From Octopus sinensis (lineage: Eukaryota): a stretch of DNA of 64,000 bases. Shown in pieces: positions 50,936 through 64,000 of this stretch. Below the pieces are notes generated by a model that worked only from the letters and a program-made list of their open reading frames with translations, did no database searches and had not been told where the DNA came from. Made by a program: the position numbers and the translations under genes. Positions within the stretch are counted from its first letter, which is position 1, and each line of letters begins with the position of its first letter. The stretch spans positions 70,928,001 to 70,992,000 of the forward strand of contig NC_043004.1 in assembly GCF_006345805.1 (NCBI RefSeq), in the 5' to 3' direction.

Positions 50936-51480
50936 TGCACATGTATGTATATTATGTGTATATTTATATATGGGTTCAGGACGTCACAAACAGTAAACAA
51001 CAGGAAATATGAAAACAAATGAGAGAGACAAATGGAAAACAGGACAAGTAACATAAAGAACGACCCTTCATCAGTTGTTGGCTGCCCATCTATTCCTCAT
51101 TTTGGGCAGTGATCAACAATATGAGTCTTTGAAGGCAGTTGTTCCCACAAATACCAAAATAAAATTTGGGATTTATGGAAGGTCAAAGTTGAGAACAGAA
51201 GCAGGTCAGTGGAGACATCCAAGGAAACCGAACGGAAACAAACATGGAGGGCTGTTAGACCAGAACGGGGCTAAGATAGCGAACCCTGGAATCCTATCTG
51301 TCTCACTCTTCTATCTTTTCTCTTGTCTTAGAAAACATTTCTCAAGCATTCACTATTTTACCCTCCTTCTGGTCTAACGACCATCCAGTGCTAATTTCAT
51401 GAGCAGGCTGTTCTGTTGATCAGATCAACTGGAAGACTTGTAGCCGACAGAATGCCCTCTCTCTAGATGTGTGTGTGTGT

Positions 51481-51858
51481 GAGAGGCGGTTGGATGGAAC
51501 CTACACTCGCCTCCTTATGAGAGCTCAAAATCTCTCGTGGAAGCACCATCCAACCACCAAAATGCAAATATATGGGAAACTACCAACCTGTGTCATCTCT
51601 TGTGAAAGGTAAGAGAGTCCAGTTTGCTTGACATTGTGTAGAGCTGAAAAAGAGGCAATTCTCTACTCTTCTCCTCTGGAAGCCATCTACTTGCAATACC
51701 AGAGGGCGCACACTCTCCTACTCTGATGTAATCTCCAGGGATACAGGCATCCAGCAACAGGACCTCCGTAATGCTATGATGGACCATGAAGTCTGGCGTA
51801 ACATAGTAAATTCCATTGTCTCGACCACGGTCGAACAATGATGATGATGATGATGATG
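51481..51858 (+). mobile_element. RTEX-like LINE 3' end
   Basis: ERRLDGTYTRLLMRAQNLSWKHHP..IYGKLP, LLLWKPS, SRDTGIQQQDLRNAMMDHEVWRNIVNSIVSTTVEQ* followed by a (TGA)n tail. Confidence 0.8.
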
Positions 51859-52917
51859 TGTGTGTGTGTGTGTCTGTGCATGTTTGAATATGCATAGGTG
51901 CAGGCGTGGCTGCATGGTAAGATACTTTCAGAAACTGAAAGAAGCTCATTGTATATGTATATTTTTATGTGTGTGTGTCTGTGTTTGTCCCCCTGGTGTT
52001 GCTTGCCAACTGATGTTGGTGTGTTTACGTCCCCGTAATTTGTAATTTGGCAAAAAAGACCAATAGAATGAGTACTAGGTTTACAAAAAATACGTCCTAG
52101 GGTCGGTTTCTTTGACTCAAACCCTTCAAGGCCGTGCTCCAGCATGGCCGCAGTCAAATGACTGAAACAAGTAAAAGAGTAAAAGAGTATATATGTCCAT
52201 TGTGTTAGTGTATGATTCTGTGTGTGTGTGTGTGTGTGCATGTGTATATATATATGTGTATGTATATATGTATGTGTGTATATATATATACACACACACA
52301 TATATATATATATATATGCATATATACATGCATATAATGCTTGTTAAAGTGCATGACATATAACCAATGAGTTGGAACTTCATATTTTCCATTACACTTG
52401 AGTACAGATGTCTGGGCAGACGCTTTGAATAACTGTGTGACTAATATAAGGATACAGGTGTGCTGGCTGTAACGGTTCTAGTCTGTGGAGAAAGGATACC
52501 TGCCAAAAGGAAAATATATTACTGGATGATTTGCTCACAACAATTCTTACACATGTTCCAGTGACCATTACGTAAAGATCGTGTGAATTTGTTTTCGTGC
52601 AGTCTTTGATGATGATGATGTCTCTTCATCAGAAGCATTGTAATTAGTGAAGTGTTATGTATAATGACAGTTATGTATTGTAGGTGGTGGTGGTGTTGGG
52701 GAAACACGCAAAAATGCACACACGTATATGTATGATGATATATATGTATATATATATTTATATATGTGTATATATATATATATATATATCTATGTATATG
52801 TGTATATTTTTGTATATATGTATATTTATATATATATGTGTGTGTGTATATATATATACATACACACCCATATATATATATATATATATAATATATATAT
52901 GTATGCATATTGGTGTA

Positions 52918-53065
52918 GCGTGGGTGTGTGGTAAGAAGCTTGCTTCCCAACACATGGTTCTGGGTTCAGTCTCACTGCGTGGCAGCTTGTGCAAGTGTTT
53001 TCATCTATAGTCTTGGACCACCAAAGCCTTGTGAGTGGATTTGGTAGACGGAAACTGAAAGAAGC

Positions 53066-53116
<51 letters not shown>

Positions 53117-53390
53117 ATATACATATATATATACACATCTATATATATACATGTATATATGTATATATCTAATGTGTCTGTGTTTCCCCACCCCACACTA
53201 CTGCTTGGCTTCCTGTGTTAGTGTGTTTATGTCCCCGTAACCTAGCGGTTTGGCAAATGTTATTGATAGAATAAGTACAAGGCATTAAAAAGCAAATGTA
53301 CTAGGATCAATAGATTTGACAAAAAATTCTTGAAGGCGGTGCCCCAGCATGGCCACAGCCTAATGACTGAAACAAGTAAAAGATAAAAGA
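52918..53390 (+). mobile_element. SINE family A
   Basis: Head to tail match. Internally deleted copy at ~51893-52187. Confidence 0.82.
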
Positions 53391-53399
53391 GAAATGATA

Positions 53400-53619
53400 C
53401 GAGGCGGGTGCTGAAAAGTTCCTAGGTTTGGGTAAAAGAAAATACAGGAGGGTCAGTTGATTATGATTTTATTCAACATGTTCCCCTCTCAGATTCTCAG
53501 CCACTTATTGCAGCAGTTCTTCAGTTTTTCTAAGCCCTGTAAAAGAACTCTGATGGTTGGGCCTCCAACGAAGCCTTTCACGATATGCTTAAAGGCAGGA
53601 ACTTTTCAGCACCCTTTCG
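53400..53619. mobile_element. Complete mariner-derived MITE with TA target-site duplication
   Basis: TA-CGAGGCGGGTGCTGAAAAGTTCCT...AGGAACTTTTCAGCACCCTTTCG-TA. Confidence 0.88.
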
Positions 53620-54224
53620 TATACATACATATATACATACATACATTGTAAATATCTGTAAGACTTTCCAGAAGTGTATCATTTAAATATATATGAGCAT
53701 GTCTAGATAGGCAACCAGATGCATGAGAATACATATATAAAGCAAAACATACAAATCTGCTCATATACATACGTACATACAAACATACATGCAAAATACC
53801 CTGTTGTTGATGTTGAAATTCCAATGAACGAGCCTTGAATCTAGGTTAGAAACCAGCTCTTTCTCTGTTAGCAAGAGGTCTTGAAACACATATACATACA
53901 TACACACACACATACACACATACATACATGCATACATACATGCATACATATATACATGCATGCATACAGAGAATGGGCTTCTTTCAGTTTCTGTCTACTA
54001 AATTCACTCATAAGGCTTTGGTTGGTTCAAGGTGTAGTAGCAGACACTTGGGACTGAACCCCAAACCATATGTTTCAGATGCAATCTTTGTACCACATGG
54101 CCGTACATGTGCTTATGTATAAAATTTTTAATCTGTAAAAAGTTACACAGTGACTCACAGGCATTTGATTTACACCTGTATTAAGTTCTATTCATCAAGT
54201 TTGTCTGTGTGTGTGTGTGTATGG

Positions 54225-54682
54225 TGAAGACATGTAACTGAGTGGTTAATGTATTCAGCTCAAGATTGTAAGGTCATGAGTTCAGTTTCCAGTAGTGCAT
54301 TGTGTTCTTAGGTAAGACACATATCTTGTGTTGCTCCAGTCCACTCAGCTGGCAAAAATGAGTAGTACCTGTAATTCCATGGGCCACGCTCTGTGTTTCT
54401 CTGAATTTTCCTAAGAACTGCATAAAAGTTATGGGTGTCTGTGAGGTACTCAGCCACTTGATGTTAATTTCATGAGCAAAAAAGTGTGTGAGAGAAAATG
54501 TTCTGGCAAAAATGAGTAGTACCTGTAATTCCATGGGCCACGCTCAGTGTCGCCCTGAGTCTTCCTGAGAACTGCATAGAAGTTACATGTGTCTCTGGTG
54601 TCCTCAACCACTTGCATGTTAATTTCATGACAGGCTGTTCCATTGATTGGATCCACTTGTCGACATTACGAATGGAGTGCCA
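54225..54682 (+). mobile_element. SINE family C with duplicated 3' body
   Basis: Head at ~54225; the body block repeats at 54349 and 54503. Confidence 0.7.
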
Positions 54683-54700
54683 GTGTGTGCATGTGTGCAA

Positions 54701-54736
<36 letters not shown>

Positions 54737-55137
54737 GTGTGCATGCAAACAAATATGAAAACATCTATGAGAGCAAATATCACAAAAACAACCCCAAAGT
54801 ATCACAAGGAAAAAAAATCAACATGAATATTGAAAAGAAGAGAATGAATATAAAGAATAATTTATACAAAAAACATTCTAAAAAGAAAAACTGCAATAAA
54901 AAAAAAGAACAGGAATAACACACACACACACACACACACACATGCACACGCACACACACACACACTTATGTATATAGAAAGCAAATGAAGAGAATGAATT
55001 TTGTCACAACAAGAATGAAACGAAACAGAGAAATACAACATTTCTTGTTCGTTCAATCAATTATTGTAAATATTCAGTTATTGTAACAATAAATATTGAC
55101 CTGAAGAGAAAACCAGGAAGTTCTTGTCTCAAGGAGA

Positions 55138-55646
55138 TTCATCATCATCACCATCACCATCATCATCACCATCATCATCATCACCATCATCATCATCACC
55201 ATCATCATCATCACCACCACCATCATCATCATCACCATCATCATCACCATCACCATCATCATCACCATCATCATCATCACCATCATCATCACCATCATCA
55301 TCACCATCATCATCATCACCACCACCATCATCATCATCACCATCATCATCACCATCACCATCATCATCACCATCATCATCCACCATATCCACCATCACCA
55401 TCATCATCATCACCATCATCATCACATCTCATCACCATCATCACCATCACCATCATCATCATCACCACCACCATCATCATCATCACCATCATCATCACCA
55501 TCACCATCATCATCACCATCATCATCATCACCATCATCATCATCACCATCATCATCATCACCACCACCATCATCATCATCACCATCATCATCACCATCAC
55601 CATCATCATCACCATCATCATCACCATCATCATCACCATCACCATC

Positions 55647-55677
<31 letters not shown>

Positions 55678-56026
55678 CCATCATCATCACCATCATCATC
55701 ACCATCATCACCATCACCATCATCATCATCACCACCACCATCATCATCATCACCATCATCATCACCATCACCATCATCATCACCATCATCATCATCACCA
55801 TCATCATCACCATCATCATCATCACCATCATCATCACCATCATCACCATCATCATCACCATCATCACCATCACCATCATCATCATCACCACCACCATCAT
55901 CATCATCATCATCATCATCACCATCATCACCATCATCATCACCATCACCACCACCACCACCACCACCATCATCATCATCATATCATCATCATCATCACCA
56001 TCATCATCACCATCATCACCATCACC

Positions 56027-56091
<65 letters not shown>

Positions 56092-56176
56092 CATCATCAT
56101 CACCATCATCATCACCATCATCATCACCATCATCACCATCACCATCATCATCATCATCACCATCATCATCACCATC

Positions 56177-56208
<32 letters not shown>

Positions 56209-56323
56209 CACCATCACCATCATCATCATCATCATCACCATCACCATCACCATCATCATCACCATCATCATCATCATCATCATCACCATCATCACCATCA
56301 CCATCATCATCACCATCATCATC

Positions 56324-56355
<32 letters not shown>

Positions 56356-56363
56356 CATCATCA
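55138..56363. repeat. 1.2-kb (CAT/CAC)n triplet array
   Basis: Almost pure CAT/CAC triplets with only a few phase slips, e.g. ~55380 and ~55425. Confidence 0.97.
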
Positions 56364-57381
56364 TGTTTCTCAGCCAATGGCTCCTCCCTGTTCCTCCCAA
56401 TGTTAAATTCTGTCTTGAATGTTGTTGTGTTGTTGTCTGTAACATTTACATAAATTTATTCCTAATCACTTTTTGTTTTGTAATTTTTTATTTTTGTGGG
56501 ACAGGGCTTTTATTTTTTCTTTTTTTTTCTTTAATTCAGGTTTTTGTTTTCATTTCTTTCTCTGCTTGAATTATTTACCGTAATAACCGTTAACAAACCT
56601 TGTTTCACCTCTCTCTCTCTGTATATATATATAATGTCCATCTCCCATGCTGGCATGGGTTGGACAGTTTTACCCCATATCAGCATGGAAACTGATGTTA
56701 AATGATGATGTGTGTATGTATATATATGTATATATATATATAAAGCACCATTTGAGCATGGCCGTTCCCAGTACCACCCTAACTGGCCCTCGTGCCGGTG
56801 GCATGTAAAAGCACCCACTACACTCTCGGAGTGGTTGGCGTTAGGAAGGGCATCCAACTGTAGAAACCATGCCAGATCAGATTGGAATCTGGTGCAGCCA
56901 TCTGGTTTGCCAGACCTCAGTCAAATTGTTCAACCCATGCCAGCATGGAAAGTGGACGTTAAACGATGATGATGATGATGATGATATATATATATATACA
57001 TTTATATATCAATTTATGTATGAATGTGTATGTAGATATGTGTGTATATCTATCTGTATGTGAGTATATATATGTATGTGTGTGTATATGTACATGTGTA
57101 TGTATAAACATGCACATACATGCATATATACAAAAGCATCAAAGTCCTTCCTAAGCCATAGTCTCCTTAGGCTGGTTTCCCAGATCCTGTGGCACATATA
57201 TTCCACTCACCATTTCTCCCTGGATGGGACACCGTTCCGTCACAGGATGTGTCACTTTTGCTAGCTGAATGTGGACTTGAGCAATATGAAATCAAGTGTT
57301 TTGCTCAAGAAGGCAATGCATTGCCTGGTCCAGGAATTGAAACCATGTTCTTACCATTTATGTGTTTATATATATATATAT

Positions 57382-57790
57382 AGGTACAGGAGTGGCTGTG
57401 CTGTAAGTAGCTTGCTTACCAACCGCATGGTTCCGGGTTCAGTTCCATTGTATGGCACTTGGGCAAGTATCTTCTACTATTGCCTTAGGCCGACCAAAGC
57501 CTTGGGGATGGAATTGGTAGATGGAAACTGAAAGAAGCCCATTGTATATATATATATATATATCAATGTGTGTGTGTCATTGTGTCTGTGTTTGTTCTCC
57601 CCATCACCGCTTGACAACCGGTGTTGGTGTGTTTATGTCCCTGTAACTTAGCAGTTCAGGAAAAGAGGCCCATAGAATATGTACTAGGCTTACATAAGAA
57701 TAAGTCCTGGGGGTCAGTTTGCTTGACTAAAACCGTTTGCGGTGGTGCTCCTGCATGGCCACAATTAAAAGATTGAAACAAGTAAAAGCG
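57382..57790 (+). mobile_element. SINE family A
   Basis: Head to tail match. Confidence 0.85.
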
Positions 57791-58919
57791 TAAAAAATAT
57801 ATAACAAACAAATAGGTGTAAACTTGGCAGTGTGGATATGGATTTGGTGTTTGTTTTGTATTCATGTGCTTTCAGGTTCAATCCCATTGCATAGCACCTT
57901 GGGTGAGTGTCTTCCATCATAACTTGTGACCGGAAGTGGTAGGTAGAAACTGCATGGAAATCCATTATGTACATTTGCCAGTGCCACACCCTCCACTTCA
58001 TTTTAACAACAAACTTTTCTATACCTGTATGGGTTAGATTGGAATTCATTGAGGCAGATTCTCTACAGCTGGATGCCCTTCCTGTCACCAACCCTCACCT
58101 CTTTCCTAGCAATGTAATATCTTCTCAAGGCCAGACTTGTTACAATAGGCATCTTTCAGTTTCTGTTTACTAAATCCACTCCCCAGGCTTTGATTGACCC
58201 AGGGCTATAGTGGAAGACACTTGTCCATTCAGTGGGAGTGAACCTAAAATTTGAAACCACTACTTCAACCATGACGACGACGCGGATTATTGAGTGAGAG
58301 AGCAGTGCATGCCATCAAAGTGATACTGGGGCACAAATATACAAAGCCCAGTATACTCATCATGACTACCCGTCTGATAAGGGTACACTAGACACATGCA
58401 TCACAACCCTATGTGCACAACATGGTGATCTCATATCAAGATAAATAGTGTATGACCTTGCAGGTGGGGCCCAGTTAGAATTTCCTTCAGATTGAGTAGC
58501 CCATCTCACTCAAATAAGGTTGTTTAAGGATATTGAACAAAACTTGAAGGTGAATTATCCAAACCCCACTGAATCCCTCTCAACACATGGTTATGATGCT
58601 CCCCCACTACTTCTGCTCGTGATCAGAGATGCACGTATTGTCAGCCACTAAGGGACATGCTCAACTGGTTAAGGTCAAACAACTGACACGCAGATCTGTG
58701 GTATTCAGCAGAATATTTGCTGTAGCCCATCTTTTATACCAAGACAAAACAATGTACATGATAACACTTCCAATCAGTTAAAATCACAAGCCATGAGAGC
58801 CACTGCCTGGTACTGCATCATGGCATTATTATTATTAAACAAGTACCAGTTATGCACCAGGGGTTGATGTAATCGACTTAATCCCCTCTCCCCTAGCTGT
58901 TCTTGGGGCAAAAATTTGA

Positions 58920-58988
58920 TATCATCATCATTATTATTATTATTTATTATTATTATCATCATCATCATCATCATCATTATAATTATAA

Positions 58989-59034
<46 letters not shown>

Positions 59035-59110
59035 TATTATTATTATTATCATCATCATCATCATCATCATCATTACCATTACTATTATTATTATTATTAT
59101 TTTTATTATT

Positions 59111-59148
<38 letters not shown>

Positions 59149-59783
59149 TATTATTATTATTATTAGCTTTGTTCCATTAAGCCAAAACAGTGACTTCTCC
59201 ATGTTCGTTTGTAACACCTTCCTGTCAATTAAATTCGTTAATTGCTTCCTAGTCCTTTATTTAGCTATGGCTGAGTCTTTTACCGGAGGAATATGAAGAC
59301 GGACAGACAGACAGACAAATGTAAAGAGTGCTGACTTGTCAATTCTCTCCACTAATCAACCAATCTCACTACATGTTGTTTACAATATAAAGAACTGTTA
59401 TGAGTGATGCCTCTTTCTCTTACCCTCACCCCCACCTCATCATCCACCTACTCCTCCTTCTCTTCTTTTTCCCTTTTCCTCTGCAACACTTTTGCCACCT
59501 CCTCTTCTTCTTCTTCCCATCTTCCCCTTCCTCCTCATCTGCTCCACACTGCTCTTCCCGCCTTCCTCCCACCTTCCTCTCCTTTGGCCTCTTCTTACTC
59601 TTCAGCCTCTTCTTCCTCCACGACCACTCTCACCCCCATCCCCTCACATTCCCACAAACCTCCCCACCTTGCAGCCACCTCTCCACTCGCCCACATTACC
59701 GTTCCCCCTTCCTTCCCCCCTGTTTGCATTTCTTGTCTTGCGAATTCAATCTTAGAATTTTACCTAATATATTCTATATATAC

Positions 59784-59826
<43 letters not shown>

Positions 59827-59827
59827 A

Positions 59828-59900
<73 letters not shown>

Positions 59901-60295
59901 GTGTGGTGTGTGTTTGTATATGTATGTATATTGCTGTAAAATTCCTTTTTGTCTTTTTTTTACTGTCCTCTTATTTCCTTTCTTCCTTATCTTCTCGTGC
60001 CCCCCCCCCCCCCACTCCAATCTTACCATCTCTCTGCTATTGACGCTTCCTTTTGTTCAAAGTTGCCAAACTGTGTAAAGCATCAGTGCCAGCTGCCTTC
60101 CTTACACACTCATCATTATTATTATTACCATTATTATCATTATTATTATTATTATCATTATTATTATTATTATTATTATTATCATCATCATCATCATCAT
60201 CATCATCATATCATCATCATCACCATTACTATTATTATTATTATTATTATTATTATTATCATTATCATTACTATTATTATTATCATTATTATCAC

Positions 60296-60334
<39 letters not shown>

Positions 60335-60364
60335 CATTACTATTATTATTATCATTTTTATCAC

Positions 60365-60406
<42 letters not shown>

Positions 60407-60730
60407 CATTATTATCATTATCATTACTATTATTATTATCATTTTTATCACTATTATTATTATTATCATCATTATTATTGTTATTGTTATTATTATTTTT
60501 ATTATTATTATTATTATTGTTATTATTATTTTTATTATTATTATCATTATTATTGTTATTGTTATTATTATTTTTATTATTATTATCATTATTATTGTTA
60601 TTGTTATTATTATTTTTATTATTATTATTATTGTTATTATTATTTTTATTATTATTATCATTATTGTTATTGTTATTTTTATTATTATTATCATTATTAT
60701 TGTTATTATTGTTATTGTTATTGTTGTTGG
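58920..60730. repeat. (ATT/ATC)n arrays (58920-59165 and 60110-60730) flanking a pyrimidine-rich and (TA)n segment
   Basis: Direct reading. Confidence 0.9.
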
Positions 60731-60882
60731 TGTTGGTGGCTGCTTATTGATTTCGTTAGTCTTTGATCTCGTTAATTCGATGAGACAACATTGAGGAGAG
60801 TCACTGCAAGGGGTGTTGTCACTTCCTAATTAAATCTTTATGCATCTCTTTTGTTGAATAGGGAAGACACGGAATAGGGGCA

Positions 60883-60942
<60 letters not shown>

Positions 60943-61106
60943 AGAGAGGAGAGAGAGAGAGAAGAGGAGAGAGAGAGAAAGAGAAAGGTTTCGGTAAGAG
61001 TGTGGGTAGATAGAATAAGTAGTGTGTGTGCGTGAGAGAGAGAGAGAGAAAGAGACAAAGAGAAAGGGAGAGAGAAAGAAAGAGAGGAAAAGCGAAAATG
61101 AAGAAC

Positions 61107-61143
<37 letters not shown>

Positions 61144-61246
61144 AATGGAGAGTGGGAAGAAGTGGAAGAGAAAGAGAAGTATAGCAGGAGAGTGAATAGG
61201 TAGGGAGAGAGAGAACAGAGGAAAAGGAAGAACAGGGGAGAGAGAG

Positions 61247-61282
<36 letters not shown>

Positions 61283-62185
61283 CTAGGGATGTTGATTGAG
61301 AGTGATTGAGAAGAGAAAGTAGAAGAAATGACAGTAAGGATGAGAAGGAGAGAGATGTGTGTTGGGAAAAGAAGGATAAAACAGAAAGTGAGGGGGAAGG
61401 GAAGAAAGCCAGAAGGGAGGGAAAGAGAGAGGGAGAAGGAAGAAGTCAGATTAGGTGGATGACAAAGAGAGTGAATGTGAGAGTAGAAGAGGGAGAGAGA
61501 GAGGTGGGGAGAAAGAGAAAGAAATTGAAGGTGAGGGATGAAGGATAAATAGGAGTGAAGAGAAAGAGAGCACATGAGAATGGAGGTGAGAGTAAAGAGA
61601 GAATGAGGTTGAGGAGAAAGGAGAGAAGTTGAAGGCAAAGAAAGAGAGAGTGAGAGAAGAATAAGAGAAAGGAAGAGACAGGGATAGATAGAGAGAAAGG
61701 GGTGGGGCAGCAGGAAGAGGAGTGCACCAGCTCTGTAATATACTTTTATGGCAGCGATTAATTCTGGACATGAAAAGTAAATCTAGCCTTGATCTCAAAG
61801 AATTTAAGAGTTATAGTTACGAGAGAGAACAGGTGAGTCAGACACCTGCAGGATCCTGATTTCAATCCGAATGGGTCTCATTAGCTCCGGTGTAATCAGA
61901 ACTAAAATCTGTTCTCTCAGACAGTCAGCCTACACACCAGTCAGCATTTAGAATATAATCATCAGGTGGTGTATGTTTGGAAATAAGTTGAAGAGAAAAA
62001 TTGTGTTACATACCATACAACATGCATATAATATATATAGTATATATAAGTATTTATTTAGACTTTGGGTATATGTCTATTAGTATGTCAAAGCACATTC
62101 ACTGTTGGTGCTATCTGGTGTCATCCACAGTTACAGTATAATTTTTACTGGATTTACATCAGGAATTCTGCAGTGTTCGTTTGGT

Positions 62186-62543
62186 TTATAATTGACGAAG
62201 GAAACAGAAAATGGATTTGGTGCAAATCTTTATTCACTGTGATGGTCCTGCAGCTGTGCCTTACAGGTAGGATATCATGCATCTAGTTGTGTTGCATCAA
62301 TCAGTGTAGTTTGTGTTTCCTCAGGTGTTTTGGTATAAAAGATATCTCACTGCATATACTGAGATCCTCTAGGCATGTTGCACTCTCTTGTAGTATGTGG
62401 GTACACAGACTGGATAGATTGATGCAACACTAGATGCATGATATCCTACCTGTAAGGGACAGCTGCAGGATGGATCAAAACGATAGTCTTGTTGGATAAA
62501 GATTTGTACCAAATCCATTTTCCATTTCCTTCATCAATTATAA
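62186..62543. mobile_element. Fold-back / MITE-like inverted repeat
   Basis: Outer arms 62186-62236/62493-62543 (46/51). Inner arms 62246-62302/62417-62470 (one mismatch, one 3-nt indel). Confidence 0.78.
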
Positions 62544-62565
62544 TGTGTACATACGTATATATTAT

Positions 62566-63775
62566 AAGGCGCAGGAGTGGCTGTGTGGTAAGTAGCTTGC
62601 TTACCAACTACATGGTTCTGGGTTCAGTCCCACTGCATGGCACCTTGGGCATGTGTCTTCTACTATAGCCTCGGGCTGACCAAAGCCTTGTGAGTGGATT
62701 TGGTAGACGGAAACTGAAAAGAATCCCGTCATATATATGTATGTGTATGTATATGTTTGTGTATCTGTATTTGTCCCTCCAACATCGCTTGACAACCGAT
62801 GCTGGTGTGTTTACATCCCCGTAACTTAGCAGTTCGGCAAAAGAGACTGATAGAATAAGTACTAGGCTTACAAAGAATAAGTCCCGGGGCGATGTGCTCG
62901 ACTAAAGGCGGTGCTCCAGCATGGCCACAGTCAAATGACTGAAAGAAGTAAAACAAGAGTAAGAGTGTATATGCATGTGCGCGCGCGCGTGTGTGTGCTG
63001 ACATGGCTATGTGGTCAAGAAGTTTGCTTTCCAATTACATGGTTGTGAGTTTAATTTTACTGCATGGCACCTTGGGCAAGTGGTATCTAGTATAGCTCCA
63101 AGCTGATCAAAGCCTTGTAAATGAATTTGCTAAACAGAAACTGAAAGTAGCTTGTCATGTGTATGCTTGTGTTTCCCCCTCCCCCACTGCTTGATAGCTG
63201 GTGTTGGTTTGTTTATACCCCTATAACTTAGCAGTTTGACAAAAGACATGACAGAATAGGTATCAAACTTGAAAAATAAGTTCTGAGGTCAATTTATTTG
63301 ACTAGACCCTTGTAGGTAGTGCCCTAGTATGGCGATAGTTCAATAACTAAAAAACCAATAAGAGACAAAAGACAAATATATATATACATATATATAGTAC
63401 ATGTCTGGATGTGTGGTAAGTTTGCTTCTCAACTATGTGATTATGGGTTCAGCACCCCTGTGTGGCACCTTGAGCAAGTGTCTTCTATAGCCTTGGGCTG
63501 ATCAAAGCCTTGTGATTGGATTTGTTAGATGGAAACTGTTAGAAGCCCATTGAATATATATGTGTGTGTGTCTGGTGTGTATATGTGTGTGTTGGTGTGT
63601 TTACGTCCTTATAACTTAGTGGTTCAGCAAAAACGACTGATAGAATAAGTATCAAGCTTTTAAGAAAAAATAAAATGAAATAAAAGTACTGGGGCTGATT
63701 CCTTTGACTAAGAATTCTTCAAGGCAGTGCCCCAGCATGGCCAAAGCCTAATGACTGAAACAAGTGAAAGGTAAA
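62566..63775 (+). mobile_element. Three consecutive family-A SINEs (62566-62964, ~62995-63372, ~63400-63775)
   Basis: Each has head, CORE-like block and tail. The first is least diverged. Confidence 0.85.
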
Positions 63776-64000
63776 AGATGTACACACACTCACACACACG
63801 CACTAATATCACTGCTGTCACAAATACCATCACCACCACCACCACTACCACCAACACCACCATCATCATCACCACCATCATCACTTTCTGTGTCCACAGC
63901 TTCTCAGTGGTCATTCCTCTCTTTGTCTTTGCAGGGCCATTGCTGTACCATTTTTCAGACATGCCAAATGAAAGTTCCATAGAACTGAGTTATGATGATG

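Noticed and set aside
55124-56569. 481-aa ORF (poly-Ser/Pro, poly-His, poly-Ile/Thr) and antisense poly-Asp/Met ORFs
   Set aside because: Pure (CAT/CAC)n array; the amino-acid blocks switch at phase slips, so the frames are compositional artefacts.
58275-58820. ~550-bp complex-looking block as a possible exon or conserved element
   Set aside because: No ORF or splice pattern. It resembles a dispersed repeat from memory, but a single copy here cannot establish its class.

Overview
Eukaryotic, repeat-saturated non-coding DNA with no supportable host protein-coding exon, rRNA, true tRNA gene or CRISPR array. The SINE families and extreme microsatellite load resemble an octopus/coleoid cephalopod genome (my inference, not verified). 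Nearly all long ORFs in the supplied track come from microsatellites, triplet arrays or a minisatellite. Real coding remnants are all transposon-derived: four RTE/RTEX LINE fragments, a CR1/L2-type 3' end, two mariner transposases, a Tigger/pogo transposase and three Penelope-like (PLE) fragments. There are also several tRNA-derived SINE families, a non-autonomous Helitron, a Helentron-like element, and piggyBac-, Tc1- and mariner-derived MITEs. The most interesting signals are type I hammerhead-ribozyme folds at 23428-23507 (inside a highly structured ~300 bp retrozyme-like module) and 38263-38336 (inside a PLE remnant), each with a core defect. Also notable are four long fold-back hairpins (one with perfect 83-bp arms), a LINE/SINE shared 3' stem-loop with a compensatory change, a six-copy head-to-tail SINE array, and several short unique islands that may be regulatory. 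All coordinates, counts and folds were worked out by hand.
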